From assembly GCF_048593235.1 (NCBI RefSeq), contig NC_133618.1, positions 508,729,675-508,793,674 of the forward strand: a stretch of 64,000 nt of DNA, written 5' to 3'. Each line of letters opens with the position of its first letter. Within the stretch, counting starts at the first letter, position 1. The position numbers were made by a program, and so were the translations under genes. The notes under the pieces were generated by a model. That model searched no databases. It had not been told where the DNA came from and saw only the letters and a program-made list of their open reading frames with translations. Shown here piece after piece: positions 50,901 to 59,092 of this stretch. Origin of the DNA: Sminthopsis crassicaudata (lineage: Eukaryota).

Positions 50901-51639
50901 GCCTCATCACTGTCTTTGAAGGTTTTTTAAGATATTAGTAAGGGAGGCAACAGCCAGTTAGGAAAAAACCTCTCTTAGAAATACTTCTCTAGTCACCTCA
51001 CCTTCTTTTGCAGAAATAAGAGACTGTTGGTGTAGAATGCTGCATGTAACATCAGATTTTTTTTTAATAGATTGATTAGTTTTGCTGAACTGATCTCTTT
51101 GCTCTTTATTTGTTGTTGTAAGGAATAACTCTCAGGGTAGAAAAAACTATTAGGATAAATTGTGAAATATAAGTAATCTGATCCCAAAAAAATCAATTTT
51201 AAAAATTCTTTTAAAATCATCAATAATAGAGTGGTATTACTCCTTGAAAATCTTCTTCAAGTCAGCATTGCCCCAGTACAGACCTTTACAAATTTGGACA
51301 TCCCTGAGCACAAGAGAAGGGAAGATGTTCCAGTCTTCTGTTCATCCTCACTAGCTTCCCCCAACCACTAAACCTAGAGGTACACCTACAGCTCTAGATT
51401 CTATTTGTAGAGGAGAGACAGAGAACTTGGGACATTGGGCCAGATCTTGTTTTTCTTGTGACCTTGCACTTTTCTTCTTGTCCCTCTGTCACTCTGAGAT
51501 CTCTGATCACTGTTCTGTCTCTCTTTAGGGCTCCCATCCTATCCCAGAAGCCACATCCAGTAACCTGGATGCAGCAGACTGTGACGTGCTGAAGACTAGA
51601 AATGCCATGCATGCCAGAAAGCGGATGAGGAGGGTGTAA
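13974..51639 (+). CDS. SNAPC4: snRNA-activating protein complex subunit 4 (SNAP190), complete CDS, 1551 aa
   Basis: 22 coding exons summing to 4656 nt with no frame break. MDLDAEREKIT N-terminus, 4.5 Myb repeats (exons 25421-35312), Arg/Lys- and Ser-rich region, Oct-1-interacting motif GPKPKPKTVSELLREKRL, conserved C-terminal NPAYLLLKARFLSAF, and end DVLKTRNAMHARKRMRRV*; all match human SNAP190 as I remember it. Confidence 0.97.
14135..14420 (-). mobile_element. MAR1-type SINE
   Basis: ttcagtcatgtctgactc...ccatttccttctcc...gggttaagtg...tttgaactcagg pattern. Confidence 0.8.
15400..16200 (+). mobile_element. L2 LINE 3' fragment with (CA)n
   Basis: L2 body and degenerate tail; the tail contains the HSE-like duplication. 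Confidence 0.65.
15720..15764. repeat. (CA)n microsatellite
   Basis: Pure CA run of about 22 units. Confidence 0.98.
16205..16400 (-). mobile_element. MAR1-type SINE
   Basis: tttgccatttccttctagctcattttacagatgaggaactgagg pattern. Confidence 0.75.
16623..16663 (+). CDS. SNAPC4: SNAPC4 coding exon 2 (DSLEDENWDEHIHV)
   Basis: taacag acceptor, GTG/GTAACC donor, phase 1/0 fits neighbours; peptide is poorly conserved. Confidence 0.8.
17520..18698 (+). mobile_element. Older 5'-truncated L1 3'UTR, interrupted by a younger L1 and followed by an apparent ~120-nt 3' transduction
   Basis: L1 3'UTR at 17520-17759 resumes at 18521-18568 (gtaaataaaaagctataatt + poly-A); second poly-A at 18689-18698; imperfect TSD agtgagcg(g)aaaaat at 17502-17516 and 18698-18711. 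Confidence 0.75.
17760..18520 (-). mobile_element. Young 5'-truncated L1 (ORF2 C-terminus + 3'UTR) with 41-nt 3' transduction
   Basis: Track ORF 18138-18530 is an unbroken L1 ORF2p C-terminus (AKMFVAALFVVAKNWKLNGCPSIGEWLGKLWYM...); 17-bp TSD accc(g/a)tgcatatatctt at 17743-17759 and 18521-18537. Confidence 0.92.
18875..19039 (+). CDS. SNAPC4: SNAPC4 coding exon 3
   Basis: EEGSWGES...DPETCLQLNMVYQEVLQEK...QNKEQQ; AG/GT, phase 0/0. Confidence 0.95.
19090..20230 (+). mobile_element. L2 LINE fragment
   Basis: Ends gaatgtaagcttctt...gcatatag...aatacttgttgat. Confidence 0.7.
20328..20453 (+). CDS. SNAPC4: SNAPC4 coding exon 4
   Basis: EEVMWDLAGSK...GHFMKPYFKDKVTGI; AG/GT. Confidence 0.95.
20624..20765 (+). 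mobile_element. WSINE1-type SINE
   Basis: Near-consensus body with CpGs retained; TSD aaaaatgttacaca. Confidence 0.9.
21189..21267 (+). CDS. SNAPC4: SNAPC4 coding exon 5
   Basis: GPPANEDTREKATQGIKSFEELIVTK; phase 0/1. Confidence 0.95.
21463..21703 (-). mobile_element. MAR1-type SINE
   Basis: Same pattern as the 14135-14420 copy. Confidence 0.8.
22024..22105 (+). CDS. SNAPC4: SNAPC4 coding exon 6
   Basis: WKSWEKTLLRKSVMSDHLQRLLQPKLLK; phase 1/2. Confidence 0.95.
22865..23358 (+). mobile_element. hAT/Charlie1-like DNA transposon relic
   Basis: gtttctcaaacttttt...agaaccc...taaaaatatt start and ...tttgggaactg end resemble Charlie1 termini (from memory). Confidence 0.55.
23537..23641 (+). CDS. 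SNAPC4: SNAPC4 coding exon 7
   Basis: LEYLNQKLDKINNSMEKQILEKQIKNTEKEIEDIN; phase 2/2. Confidence 0.95.
23736..23808 (+). CDS. SNAPC4: SNAPC4 coding exon 8
   Basis: QLPEESLLGDRLDERDWEKISNIN; follows a 94-nt intron. Confidence 0.95.
24130..25110 (-). mobile_element. Old L1 fragments with an inserted SINE piece and (TA)n
   Basis: gcaactttgctaaagttgttaattatttctagtag...tcatatcatctgcaaa is typical antisense ORF2; boundaries approximate. Confidence 0.6.
24673..24704. repeat. (TA)n microsatellite
   Basis: Pure TA run. Confidence 0.98.
25421..25585 (+). CDS. SNAPC4: SNAPC4 coding exon 9 (Myb repeat region)
   Basis: FEGSRSADEIRKFWQNCEHPSINKQAW...EWQKIATELG. Confidence 0.96.
27380..27830 (-). mobile_element. 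L2 LINE fragment
   Basis: ttcagtcatttggcaagcatttatta...gccctcaagaagctta antisense L2 3' end. Confidence 0.65.
28825..28972 (+). CDS. SNAPC4: SNAPC4 coding exon 10 (Myb)
   Basis: TNRSAFQCLQ...KRKEWTKEEDHMLTQLVEEMRVGSHIPYRK. Confidence 0.96.
29347..29453 (+). CDS. SNAPC4: SNAPC4 coding exon 11 (Myb)
   Basis: IVYYMEGRDSMQLIYRWTKSLNPSLKKGFWTPEEDA. Confidence 0.96.
29978..30072 (+). CDS. SNAPC4: SNAPC4 coding exon 12 (Myb)
   Basis: KLLQAVAKYGERDWFKIREEVPGRSDAQCRDR. Confidence 0.96.
30700..31720 (-). mobile_element. Old L1 3' fragments containing an ~80-bp tandem duplication
   Basis: Antisense L1 3'UTR/ORF2 motifs; boundaries approximate. Confidence 0.65.
31367..31530. repeat. Tandem duplication (85 + 79 bp)
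   Basis: gtatgcatgaatttatagtccg...caattggggc twice, identical except for the length of the internal (GTTTT)n. Confidence 0.95.
31850..33760 (+). mobile_element. L2 LINE fragments
   Basis: Typical L2 ORF2/3' motifs (aaactcaacatgtctaaaacagaactc; ttccttgagggcatgggc...gcaca). Confidence 0.7.
34350..34444 (+). CDS. SNAPC4: SNAPC4 coding exon 13 (Myb)
   Basis: YLRRLHFSLKKGRWNAKEEEKLIELIEKYGAG. Confidence 0.96.
35233..35312 (+). CDS. SNAPC4: SNAPC4 coding exon 14 (Myb end)
   Basis: HWAKIASELPHRTGSQCLSKWKALIR; AGG/GTAAGG donor. Confidence 0.95.
35820..36275 (+). CDS. SNAPC4: SNAPC4 coding exon 15 (basic and poly-Ser region)
   Basis: KKKRPRKRQKSRKKY + 11 Ser + ...QYTVPNIDTWVP...; 456 nt open, GAG/GTAAGC donor. 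Confidence 0.92.
36671..36763 (+). CDS. SNAPC4: SNAPC4 coding exon 16
   Basis: ASRTGKRVLKVALNDVKKVIRINTCLEYQKL; aligns with human GGRRLLTVPVETVLRVLRANT. Confidence 0.88.
37139..38500 (-). mobile_element. Marsupial RTE-related non-autonomous element (WALLSI-like), split by the 37258-38035 L1
   Basis: gttgtttgtccttcgttct...gaggacc terminus typical of RTE 3' ends; continues after 38040. Family name from memory. Confidence 0.5.
37258..38035 (+). mobile_element. L1 ORF2 C-terminus + 3'UTR, degenerate
   Basis: Track ORF 37306-37524 (AKMFVAALFVVAKNWKLSGC...) with indels; ends taaataaaaagctataatt. Confidence 0.9.
38947..39193 (+). CDS. SNAPC4: SNAPC4 coding exon 17
   Basis: KERLKK...KLDRKLLMAVTPWVGDIIIPC...VQTR; phase 0/1. 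Confidence 0.92.
39565..39750 (-). mobile_element. hAT/Charlie1-like relic
   Basis: caataatttttaagagcgtgaaggggtcctgtgactgaaaagt is the reverse complement of the Charlie1 5' end. Confidence 0.5.
40060..40130 (+). CDS. SNAPC4: SNAPC4 coding exon 18
   Basis: AEAIMTKLQTIHLTSTPVFTLFIQ; CAG/GTAAGC donor. Confidence 0.94.
40500..41810 (+). mobile_element. L2 LINE fragment with nested MIR
   Basis: gatgactcccaaatctatat...caacatgtcccaaaaccaaactc motifs. Confidence 0.7.
41860..43560 (-). mobile_element. Old L1 fragments (3' and ORF1/5'-like pieces)
   Basis: T-rich antisense L1-like sequence; boundaries approximate. Confidence 0.5.
43925..44032 (+). CDS. SNAPC4: SNAPC4 coding exon 19
   Basis: LFQIDTDGCLKVIGERK...PQQ; an in-frame alternative acceptor lies 9 nt downstream. 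Confidence 0.9.
44569..44596 (+). CDS. SNAPC4: SNAPC4 coding exon 20 (28-nt microexon, ASSSLQKSS)
   Basis: ttttttccag acceptor, CAG/GTACAA donor; phase 0/1 is required to join the next exon in frame; human has ASSSAQSTP here. Confidence 0.85.
44906..45520 (-). mobile_element. Older L1 3' end hosting the 44978-45277 insertion
   Basis: Long poly-T, aaattaaagctttttatt terminus, resumes at 45295 with gttccaatttcccc...cccctagatggcaag. Confidence 0.75.
44978..45277 (-). mobile_element. Young L1 3'UTR fragment, same subfamily as 17834-18130
   Basis: About 7 differences over ~290 nt versus the 17.8-kb copy (counted by eye); perfect 17-bp TSD cagtgggcaatttttta at 44961-44977 and 45278-45294. Confidence 0.92.
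46139..46299 (+). mobile_element. Short L1 3' end
   Basis: gaaaaaatttggagcacaaggtttgtaaaggtgaatgttgaaa + A tail; imperfect TSD aagat(ac/tt)ggtcc. Confidence 0.75.
46605..48655 (+). CDS. SNAPC4: SNAPC4 coding exon 21 (2051 nt; Oct-1-interacting region, low-complexity linker, C-terminal conserved domain)
   Basis: Track ORF 46613-48742; long pyrimidine tract + CAG at 46602-46604; CAG/GTAAGC donor at 48656. Confidence 0.95.
49390..50060 (+). mobile_element. L2 LINE fragments
   Basis: gatgactctcaaatgtatat; ends aataaatgcttgttgaat. Confidence 0.65.
51529..51639 (+). CDS. SNAPC4: SNAPC4 coding exon 22 with stop codon
   Basis: ctctctttag acceptor; GSHPIPEATSSNLDAADCDVLKTRNAMHARKRMRRV*, compare human DLDVLRTRHARHTRKRRRLV*. 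Confidence 0.92.
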   Translation, partial: GSHPIPEATSSNLDAADCDVLKTRNAMHARKRMRRV

Positions 51640-51931
51640 GAAGGGGCCTGGAGGTAAGTTTGTTGCAAATGGGGTTGAAGGGTCCTGAACACAGAAATAA
51701 TGGTGCACTTCTCAAGGGATTTTGTACCATTATCTTCGTTCTCCCTCCCCCACCCTTAACCCCCTTTGCCGTCACCACTTTGCTTTTGGGAGCAGATAAG
51801 TTCTGCCCTTTAAAAAATCCCACTAATACTTTCATAAAATAAGGAAGAGGAGGACTGAGGCCCCACTCGATGCAGTGCCTTCAGAAACATTTTTTTCTGT
51901 TCTTACATTTATTTTTAAGTTCCTGTTGCAG

Positions 51932-52065
51932 GGACTTAACTTTGAGTCTATGAAATTGGCTTTTAATATTTTGACTGTTGTATTTCAGTTGTATTCGATA
52001 TGTAATTCCCTTGTAATTCTACATATTTTATTTAAACTTAATAAAAACATTATTCTGGCTTCATC
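51932..52065 (+). other. SNAPC4: Probable non-coding terminal exon of SNAPC4 (3' end approximate)
   Basis: GAG/GTAAGT donor at 51654, 14 nt after the stop; acceptor ...ttcctgttgcag ending 51931; AATAAA at 52040-52045. Confidence 0.65.
52040..52045 (+). terminator. SNAPC4: Candidate SNAPC4 poly(A) signal
   Basis: AATAAA about 110 nt into the predicted last exon, with U-rich upstream sequence. An earlier AATAAA near 51837 would serve if the 3'UTR intron is retained. Confidence 0.55.
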
Positions 52066-52863
52066 AGATTGCCAGAGAGGTCTAAGTCACTAAAATTTTT
52101 GGGAACCTTTTTGGACAACCAGTTTGTCTGGAGCTGCCTGTCTAGCACAGTCCTTAACGATGCATCCTCCATTCTGTAATCTTGCTTGTTTTCTGCATTT
52201 ATAGGCCTTGGCTTTTGCTGAAGGCTTGTCTACAGGTGGGGAAACAACTGATGGAAGCATTTTGGTCATCCTTGGGAGCCCCTGCATGTTCTTCTACTGC
52301 AGGATTCCTGGCCATGAAATCTGCCTTCAGACCTAAGGAAGTCTTAAACTTGCTGAAAGACCTTGCAAAAAATTAGAAAAAACAAAACAAAACCCAAAAA
52401 ACCATGAAAGAAAGGAAAGTCTTTTTCTTATGAAGGCTTTCTCTGTACAGACAGCATTGAGTTAACACTTCTCATGTAGCTTCTCATGTATACTAGCCTC
52501 CCTGGATTATCACTTGTACTGTAAACCCTGGAAATTGGAGTCTTCTGCAAGGCTTTCGACACTGCTTTGTTGCACTAGCATGAGGGAAGGAGAGAACCTG
52601 GGGACTGCCGGCTAGTGAGGATAAGGAAGAGAGAACTGGAAGGTTTTTTATTTTTGCCGTCAAAAGATTTATTTTGTGTGATTCCTTAATTTTGGATCAG
52701 AAGAGGTGACTGGGATTCTCAGTCATTTCCACCTTCTATGATGTTGGTAATGAATGGTCCCTCGGCTGCTTTGAAGTGATAATACTTCTTTACTTGGAGG
52801 GGTTATTTTTTATGCAAATAACAAGTTTGAAAGGAGGGGAAAATATAAATATATATGTGTATA

Positions 52864-52865
<2 letters not shown>

Positions 52866-52898
<33 letters not shown>
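52866..52898. repeat. (TG)n microsatellite
   Basis: Pure TG run preceded by a TA/TG mix. Confidence 0.97.
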
Positions 52899-52902
<4 letters not shown>

Positions 52903-53597
52903 GCTAGATATTCTATTTTCTCATTAAAAACAAAAGCAAAAAAACTTGTTTTATTTTCTCTGGAGTGTACTATAACTATATACATATTCTCAGGTTCAGC
53001 CCACTCTTGTCAATATGCAATTATATATAAAGGTTTCAAGCTGATGCTAAATGCCTGTCATATATTCCAGTCAGTTACATACATATGAAATGGCTAAATC
53101 TAAGAGCCTGAAATGGTCATCTAGAGTCAGAAGATGGGTATGAATCTTGGCTGTCATTTCCTAGCTATAGAATCTTGGGTAGAGCAGTAACCATAAATGT
53201 TTTCATCTGAAGCCAAGGCTGCTAAGGAGTGGGGACAGATTGAGAAGGTGGAGGAGAGGTGCACCCCAAATATTGGTCTGGCAGGTTGGACAGTGGCAGT
53301 GGTACAGAGAAAACATGCTTGGGCATGTGCGTGAAAGGTAGACCAGTCCTCAGAAGGGTTTGGTGGGAACAGTGAAGTGGGGAGAGGATATATGGCAGCT
53401 CATGCCTTCCCTCAATCCCTTTTTAGAGACCTAGTCCTAAAGTTCCAGTTATCTTTGTAGCTCTGATTTTCTACAAGACACTTAATGTCTCTGGACCTCA
53501 ACTTTTTCGTCTTTAAAGAATAGGGCAAAATAATACTTTTTGTGGGGAAAGTATGCTTGCTATTAGTTATCTGTAAAAGAAGGGGGTTAAACCAAAT

Positions 53598-53760
53598 CAG
53601 AGGTGTCAAATATGTGGCCCACAACACTTTCAAGTGCAGCCCCACCTATATTAAAATGTGATTAGGAATATTTAACAAAATAAGTAAAAATCCAATAAAA
53701 TATAGATTACATTTACTAAGTTAAGGGATCTTTATATATGGATTAGTTTGACATCATGAG
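53598..53760. mobile_element. hAT-type MITE (MARWOLF1-like); related copies at ~29650-29825 and ~61843-62160
   Basis: TIR-like ends cagaggtgtcaaa ... tttgacatcatg; shared internal attaaaatgt(g/a)att and aatagaaac motifs among the three copies. Family name from memory. Confidence 0.55.
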
Positions 53761-53920
53761 ATTTAATTTCTAAAGTATTTTTCAGTGCTCAGTCCTGTAA
53801 CCTATTTCTTGGTCTGGATCCTTGTCTTCATATACATAAATGACTAGTCTGGACTTCTGAGTTCCTTTGTTACTGTTAGGGGAGAAGCATGTTGATTTTT
53901 CTATTGTCAAAACTGGAGTG

Positions 53921-54084
53921 GGGGCAGCTAGGTGGCGCAGTGGATAGAGTGCCAGCCTTGAAGTCAGGAGGACCTGATTTCAAATCTGATCTCAGACACT
54001 TAACACTTCCTAGCTGTGTGACCCTGGGCAAGTCACTTAACCCTAAGTGCCTCAGCAAAAAGAAAAAGAAGAAAAAAAAAAAAA
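53921..54084 (+). mobile_element. WSINE1-type SINE
   Basis: Near-consensus body, long A tail; TSD aaaactgg(a/g)gtg at 53909-53920 and 54081-54092. Confidence 0.9.
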
Positions 54085-54202
54085 CTGGGGTGTTATAGGC
54101 TAGAAATTTTTGAAAATGTAGCCAGTAACCTCTGGATAGAAATTGAGGCATGAAACTAAGTAGGACATGAAGTCAAGGCATCCTTTAAAGAAGGAAAGAT
54201 GC

Positions 54203-54350
54203 AGGGCAGCTAGGTGGTGCAGTAGATAGAGCCACCAGCCCTGAAGTCAGGAGAACCTGAGTTCAAATCTGTCCCCAGACACATAACACCACCTAGTTGT
54301 GTGACCCTAAGCAAGGGTCACTTGCCCTCAGTTGCCTCAGAAAAAAAAAG
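54203..54350 (+). mobile_element. WSINE1-type SINE
   Basis: TSD aaggaaa(g/a)atgc; independent of the copy about 110 bp upstream. Confidence 0.88.
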
Positions 54351-55021
54351 GAAAAATGCCCAAATGTCTAGTTCACTACAGGATGGAGAGGAAAATGTCT
54401 CCATTTCATTTTCCCCTCCAGGCCATACAGACTGACAACATTCTGGTTTTCTCAGAATCTGGTGGTAGCTGGGCTTTGGGAACAGAATGACACCATTCAG
54501 GATGCTTTGAGCCACTCACCACACCCCATATTGTATAGAAGATTGATGATTTTCAAAGCTAGCTCACTTTTTCATGCCCTTTTGGTAAATCACTTTTGCT
54601 TAGTGGGGTTTCTTTTATTTGGACATCTAACCAATATTAGGATAATAGAACTCTCTATTTTTCTGATCCCTCACTTGATAAAAATACCTGTTGTTTGTTT
54701 TATGTAGTCCTGTGATTTTAAGTCCATAGGGAAATTCTCTTCACTGATGCAGACCAATTTTTAAAAAGTTAACAGGGTACTGAGAAGTAAAGATGTACTC
54801 TTGATTACATAGCTAATATAGCCAGAGGCAACTATGAGCTCCAATCTTCCTGATTCTGTTGGCTCTGATAAACTAGTTTTTGTTAAGTTTTATTCACATT
54901 CCTGTGAAGTAAGTTGGGCTGATATTTTGTTTTTATTGTGCCTTGTTTTATACCATTGTCTGTAGAGGCAGAATGGGGTGGAGGGGATGAATGGAGAGTC
55001 AGCGATGTTTCACTACTAGCA

Positions 55022-55270
55022 TTTTTTTGTTTTGTTTTTTAAATTTATTTTAATATTTGATATTTATACTTTAGCATTTTTTAGCATTTAATTTTTTATT
55101 TGTTTTTATTGTAATTTTTATTCCCAATATGTACAAAAATAGTTTTAACATTCACCTTTACAAAATTTTGTGTTCCAAATTTTTCTCTCTCATCCCTACC
55201 CCCCATCCCAAGATAGCAGGCAGTTCGATATAGGTTACAGCTCTATGGAATACAGCTTCCATATTTATCA
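55022..55270 (-). mobile_element. Short L1 3' end
   Basis: T-rich tail then aacattcacctttacaaaattttgtgttccaaatt, the reverse complement of the marsupial L1 terminus. Confidence 0.7.
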
Positions 55271-55949
55271 TATTAGCATTTTTAAAAATCTTCATCTACT
55301 GTGACTTCCCTGCTCTTTTCCCTACCTAGGGAATTTCTATGAATCCCTGCCCACTTTTAGTCTTTTGTCACTTTGAACCATCCCTTTTCAATTCCCCAAG
55401 CCTGTCCTTTAAATTTACAGCAGCTGGGGTATGAGGAAACCTAGGTGGTTGTAGACAACAGGCAACTGAGGGTAATTCCTCTGTTGAGATATACAGGACA
55501 TTCTCATGTATCTCAATACAAAGTGAAGGCCCTCAAGCAAAAGTTATAAGGGCCAGGGATTGCAATTCCTCCAAGAAGCTAGCTCAAGGAAACAGCAATT
55601 AGGCAAGATGAAAAATTGTCTTAGGGTAGGGTCAGGTGAAAAGGCTTACATCTTGACTATTTCTTCCCCAAGTACCAAATCCACTTTCTTTCATGTTAAC
55701 CCATATTAGCTAAGAAAATGTCTAGGAGGGGGGGAGTTTAGTTTAACTGGATTAACTAGACATTAATATTAATGGATTTTTGGTTCCCACCCTTGCTTGA
55801 GATATTGCTGCGTCTTGACAGTCACCCAATAGTTGATAAACATTCTTGCTGCATACCTGTCCCTCCCAAATTCTGTCATCCACCATTGCTACATAAAGAA
55901 ACAGTATATTTGTCTTGCCCTGTATTTTTCTATTGCCTCCCACAGAATT

Positions 55950-56560
55950 CATAGAAAATCAAATATTTAGCAAATTCCTGCTATGTTCCACATATTACTA
56001 GGTACTAGGGATACAAGAATAATTTCTATTCTCTCCCCTAAATGGAGGAGAAAATAACAATATAGCATAATTATAGGTTCTCCCCAAAGTATTCCCTCTG
56101 TAAAGTAACAAATACAGACATGCAAAGTAGTTAAATTCAAGATTGTTTGAGAGGGAGAGAGTGGAGGGCATCAGGAAAGGTTTCCAAATTGGTGTAAGGT
56201 TTGGAGGACAATTGGAGTTGTAAATGGCATTAACTCACAATGGAATAGAGACCACATATGCTTTAAAAGTTGTCTGCCAAGGTAGGCTACATGTTACAAT
56301 GGAAGAATAAAGCTAAAAGCAGAATGCAGAGGGTGAAAAGGTTAACAAATTGATAGAAAATTTACTTCTAAATAGAAACTCAAAAGCTAGCCAAAGAATG
56401 GTGGTTTGGCAGGGCAGAACAGAAGATTGAAGCTTCTCTGCTCTATCTCTGTTTTGTCCCTTAAAAACAATTCCCTCCATCCCTACTCTACTCTCTGGAA
56501 CTTCACCTTTCTTCCATAGGGACCAATCTACTGCCATGAGGTTTCCAACTCACTCCCTCT
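55950..56560 (-). mobile_element. L2 LINE fragment
   Basis: aatatttagcaaattcctgctatgttcca...ctaggtactagggataca antisense L2 end. Confidence 0.6.
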
Positions 56561-56691
56561 CAATCCAGGTTGAGTAAAAAAACCCTTGTTACTTCTCTCC
56601 TTTAAGCTATGTGGAAAGGAGCCTTCCCTATGGCCTGCTTTGGGGCAATAGAAAGAGCCTGGGACTTGAGACCTCCTGGACTGAACTAGAT

Positions 56692-56850
56692 CAGGGCTTC
56701 TGAAATGTTTTCTACTTGTGCCCCCTTTTTACATGACCCTGGGTATATGAAATAGGCGTACAAATCAAATATTTACTGATGATTATAATTTCATGATTCC
56801 TATATCACGAAATCCCATATAGGGGCTCAACTCATAGTTTACGAAGCTGG
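56692..56850. mobile_element. hAT-type MITE
   Basis: Ends cagggcttctgaaa ... tttacgaagctgg form imperfect TIRs around ~160 bp. Confidence 0.5.
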
Positions 56851-58908
56851 GAATGACCTCTGGCTTCTCAAGCTTTGAAATTGTCTTCTAAGCCATTGAA
56901 ACACGTCACCCTCCCACAAAACTAGATTCTGTTCATTATTTCTGCATCATTTTAAAGTTGATTTTAAGACATATTCCATACTGCTTGCTCTAGGCAGAGT
57001 TTGCCCCATCAATTAAAGTTTCTAGATATGGCTCTGGGGAAGAGTACAGATTTGGGGAAAGAATGTATGTAAGCTGTCAGCCTGTGGCCACTTGTGGCTC
57101 TTTAAAACCACAGAGTAGGGGGTGGTAAGGAAAACCTAACATTACCATTTAACCTATGGACCAGTCTCCCTGGGATTTCTTATGGTTAACAGATTTATTG
57201 ATAATGCTATGTGTGAGTATGTATATGTATGCATAGGTATTTATATAAGCATATAGAAAGATACATATAGACACACACATACACAGAGACAATGATTAGG
57301 GGGTTGATTTTTGTGTGACTACTCTCTAGCCGGAGCTGTAACTACAAATTATTTTGTCTGGAGCAAAAGCACTTGGGGAAGTTGTGTCATGTGAGGGAGG
57401 AATGCTGGAGTTAATGTCGGTATAAAGGATGGTCTGACAAGGGGAATTGGGGGTCAGTGACAACTCAGGCCAGTTTGCCTATCAGAGCAGTTACACTGGG
57501 GGAAGGGGAATAGTATTTCCCCAAGAAACATTACTTGTGCCCCCTCTGAGATGGGCCCCAGACAAGGAACACTATGGTGACAGAACCTGGTGAGGAAGCA
57601 AAACCTTGAGGTGTGAGGTAGAGTAGGGAGCTTCTGAAGGAGGGAGGAGGGAGAAGGAGGAGGATCTCCTCATCCACAACATGTTGGTGCCCTGATTATC
57701 CTACCCAGTTACAGTTACTGTTTGCAAAAGGAGCAGGAGAACCTGGGTGCATCTGTCCCTCACACTAAAGAAACATCCTGGTGCCCGAATCCTCCAGGCG
57801 GTAGCACAGATGGTTGGTTATTTTATTAATACTTGTTCTGTCAACAAATCAGGACATTTGTCTTTATGGGGGGTTTATGATGCCAGGCCAGGGATACAGT
57901 GTTTCTCAGGGGGTCTCAATCCCCCAAGAAGCTAAGAGGTGCTGATTGTGCAAAATTGTGACTTCAAAAGGTGTCGAGATGCCCGAATACCCCAAGCTCT
58001 CCACAGATGAGGTTACTTCTCCTTTCCCATACTCTACCCTCCATCTCCCTTCCTCCCAGAACTCTGATGGACAAATCAAAAGAGAAACCACCAAGAAAAG
58101 TCTTGACCGTAGCCCAACGGGAAGTACCTCATAGCATAGTTTTCCCAGCTGGCCCCACCCTCCCCCAAGTTCCTGCTTTGCCAGTAGGGTTTCCTACTAA
58201 AGTTTGGGGACCCAGGGAATGGGCTGGCTCCACTGCATGGAAGGCAGAGTTACAATAGCCAAGCTGGAAGCTCCAAGAACCTACTGAGAGGTAGGAGAGC
58301 TTTGTTATCCTAAGGGGGAGTGGAAACCTGCACAATGAGGGGAGCAGAAGGGGTTTGGACCGGCAGGAATTAAAGCAAGACAGGGTCTTTAATGTCTCAC
58401 TGATCTCCCTGGGATAGATGGCACGTAGAGGGGAGCAATTTGGTCCAGTGGAGAGAGACTGTCTCCAGAGGAATGGAGCTCAGATTCTGTTTGGGAAGCT
58501 TTGCGTGTGTGATCTTGGCCCCTAGCTCTTCAGTTTCCTCATATGTAAGATGGAGTTATACTAGAGCACTCTGGGTTATACTAGAGCACTCTGATGTCCC
58601 TTCTTGCTGTAAGGTACTCTCTAGGATCCCAGGATGGGGTCTCATGTCCTCAGTGACCAGCCAAATCAGTCCTTCCCAGGCAGGACCACAATCTTTGTTT
58701 GTTCCCTCTCACCCTTGATTAGAATGCTGGATTTCAGATGTTCCGTATCTATTTATTACATCCAATCAAATATCATAAATTTGAATGATGCATTTGGGTT
58801 TTGATCCAGCAAGGATAAGAAAGTTCATCTAGCAAGTCCCTCTGGCATAAAAAGAATTAGTGTTCTCAGTGCTGGTTTTTCACTGATTGTGAGAATCAAC
58901 TCATTTTG

Positions 58909-59092
58909 GGGGCAGTGGGGTGGTGCAGCAGATAAAGCACCAGCCCTGAAGTCAAGAGGACCTGAGTTCAAATTTTACCTCAGACACTTAAAGCTTCCTG
59001 GCTGTGTGACCCTGGGCACAGCACTTAACCCCAAATGTCTCAGCTTCCCTACTTCATCACCCCCCTTCCGCACCTCCAAAAAAAAAAAAAAA
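58909..59092 (+). mobile_element. WSINE1-type SINE with 34-nt extra 3' tail
   Basis: Perfect 15-bp TSD aatcaactcattttg at 58894-58908 and 59091-59105. Confidence 0.88.

Noticed and set aside
52090-52376. Overlapping 64-65 aa ORFs just downstream of SNAPC4, and possible CARD9 exons in 52-64 kb
   Set aside because: No CARD domain or coiled-coil peptide of CARD9 or DNLZ was found by eye in any frame.
55499-55531. Imperfect hairpin ttgagatataca...tgtatctcaa
   Set aside because: 10-bp AT-rich stem with a bulge; expected by chance in 64 kb.
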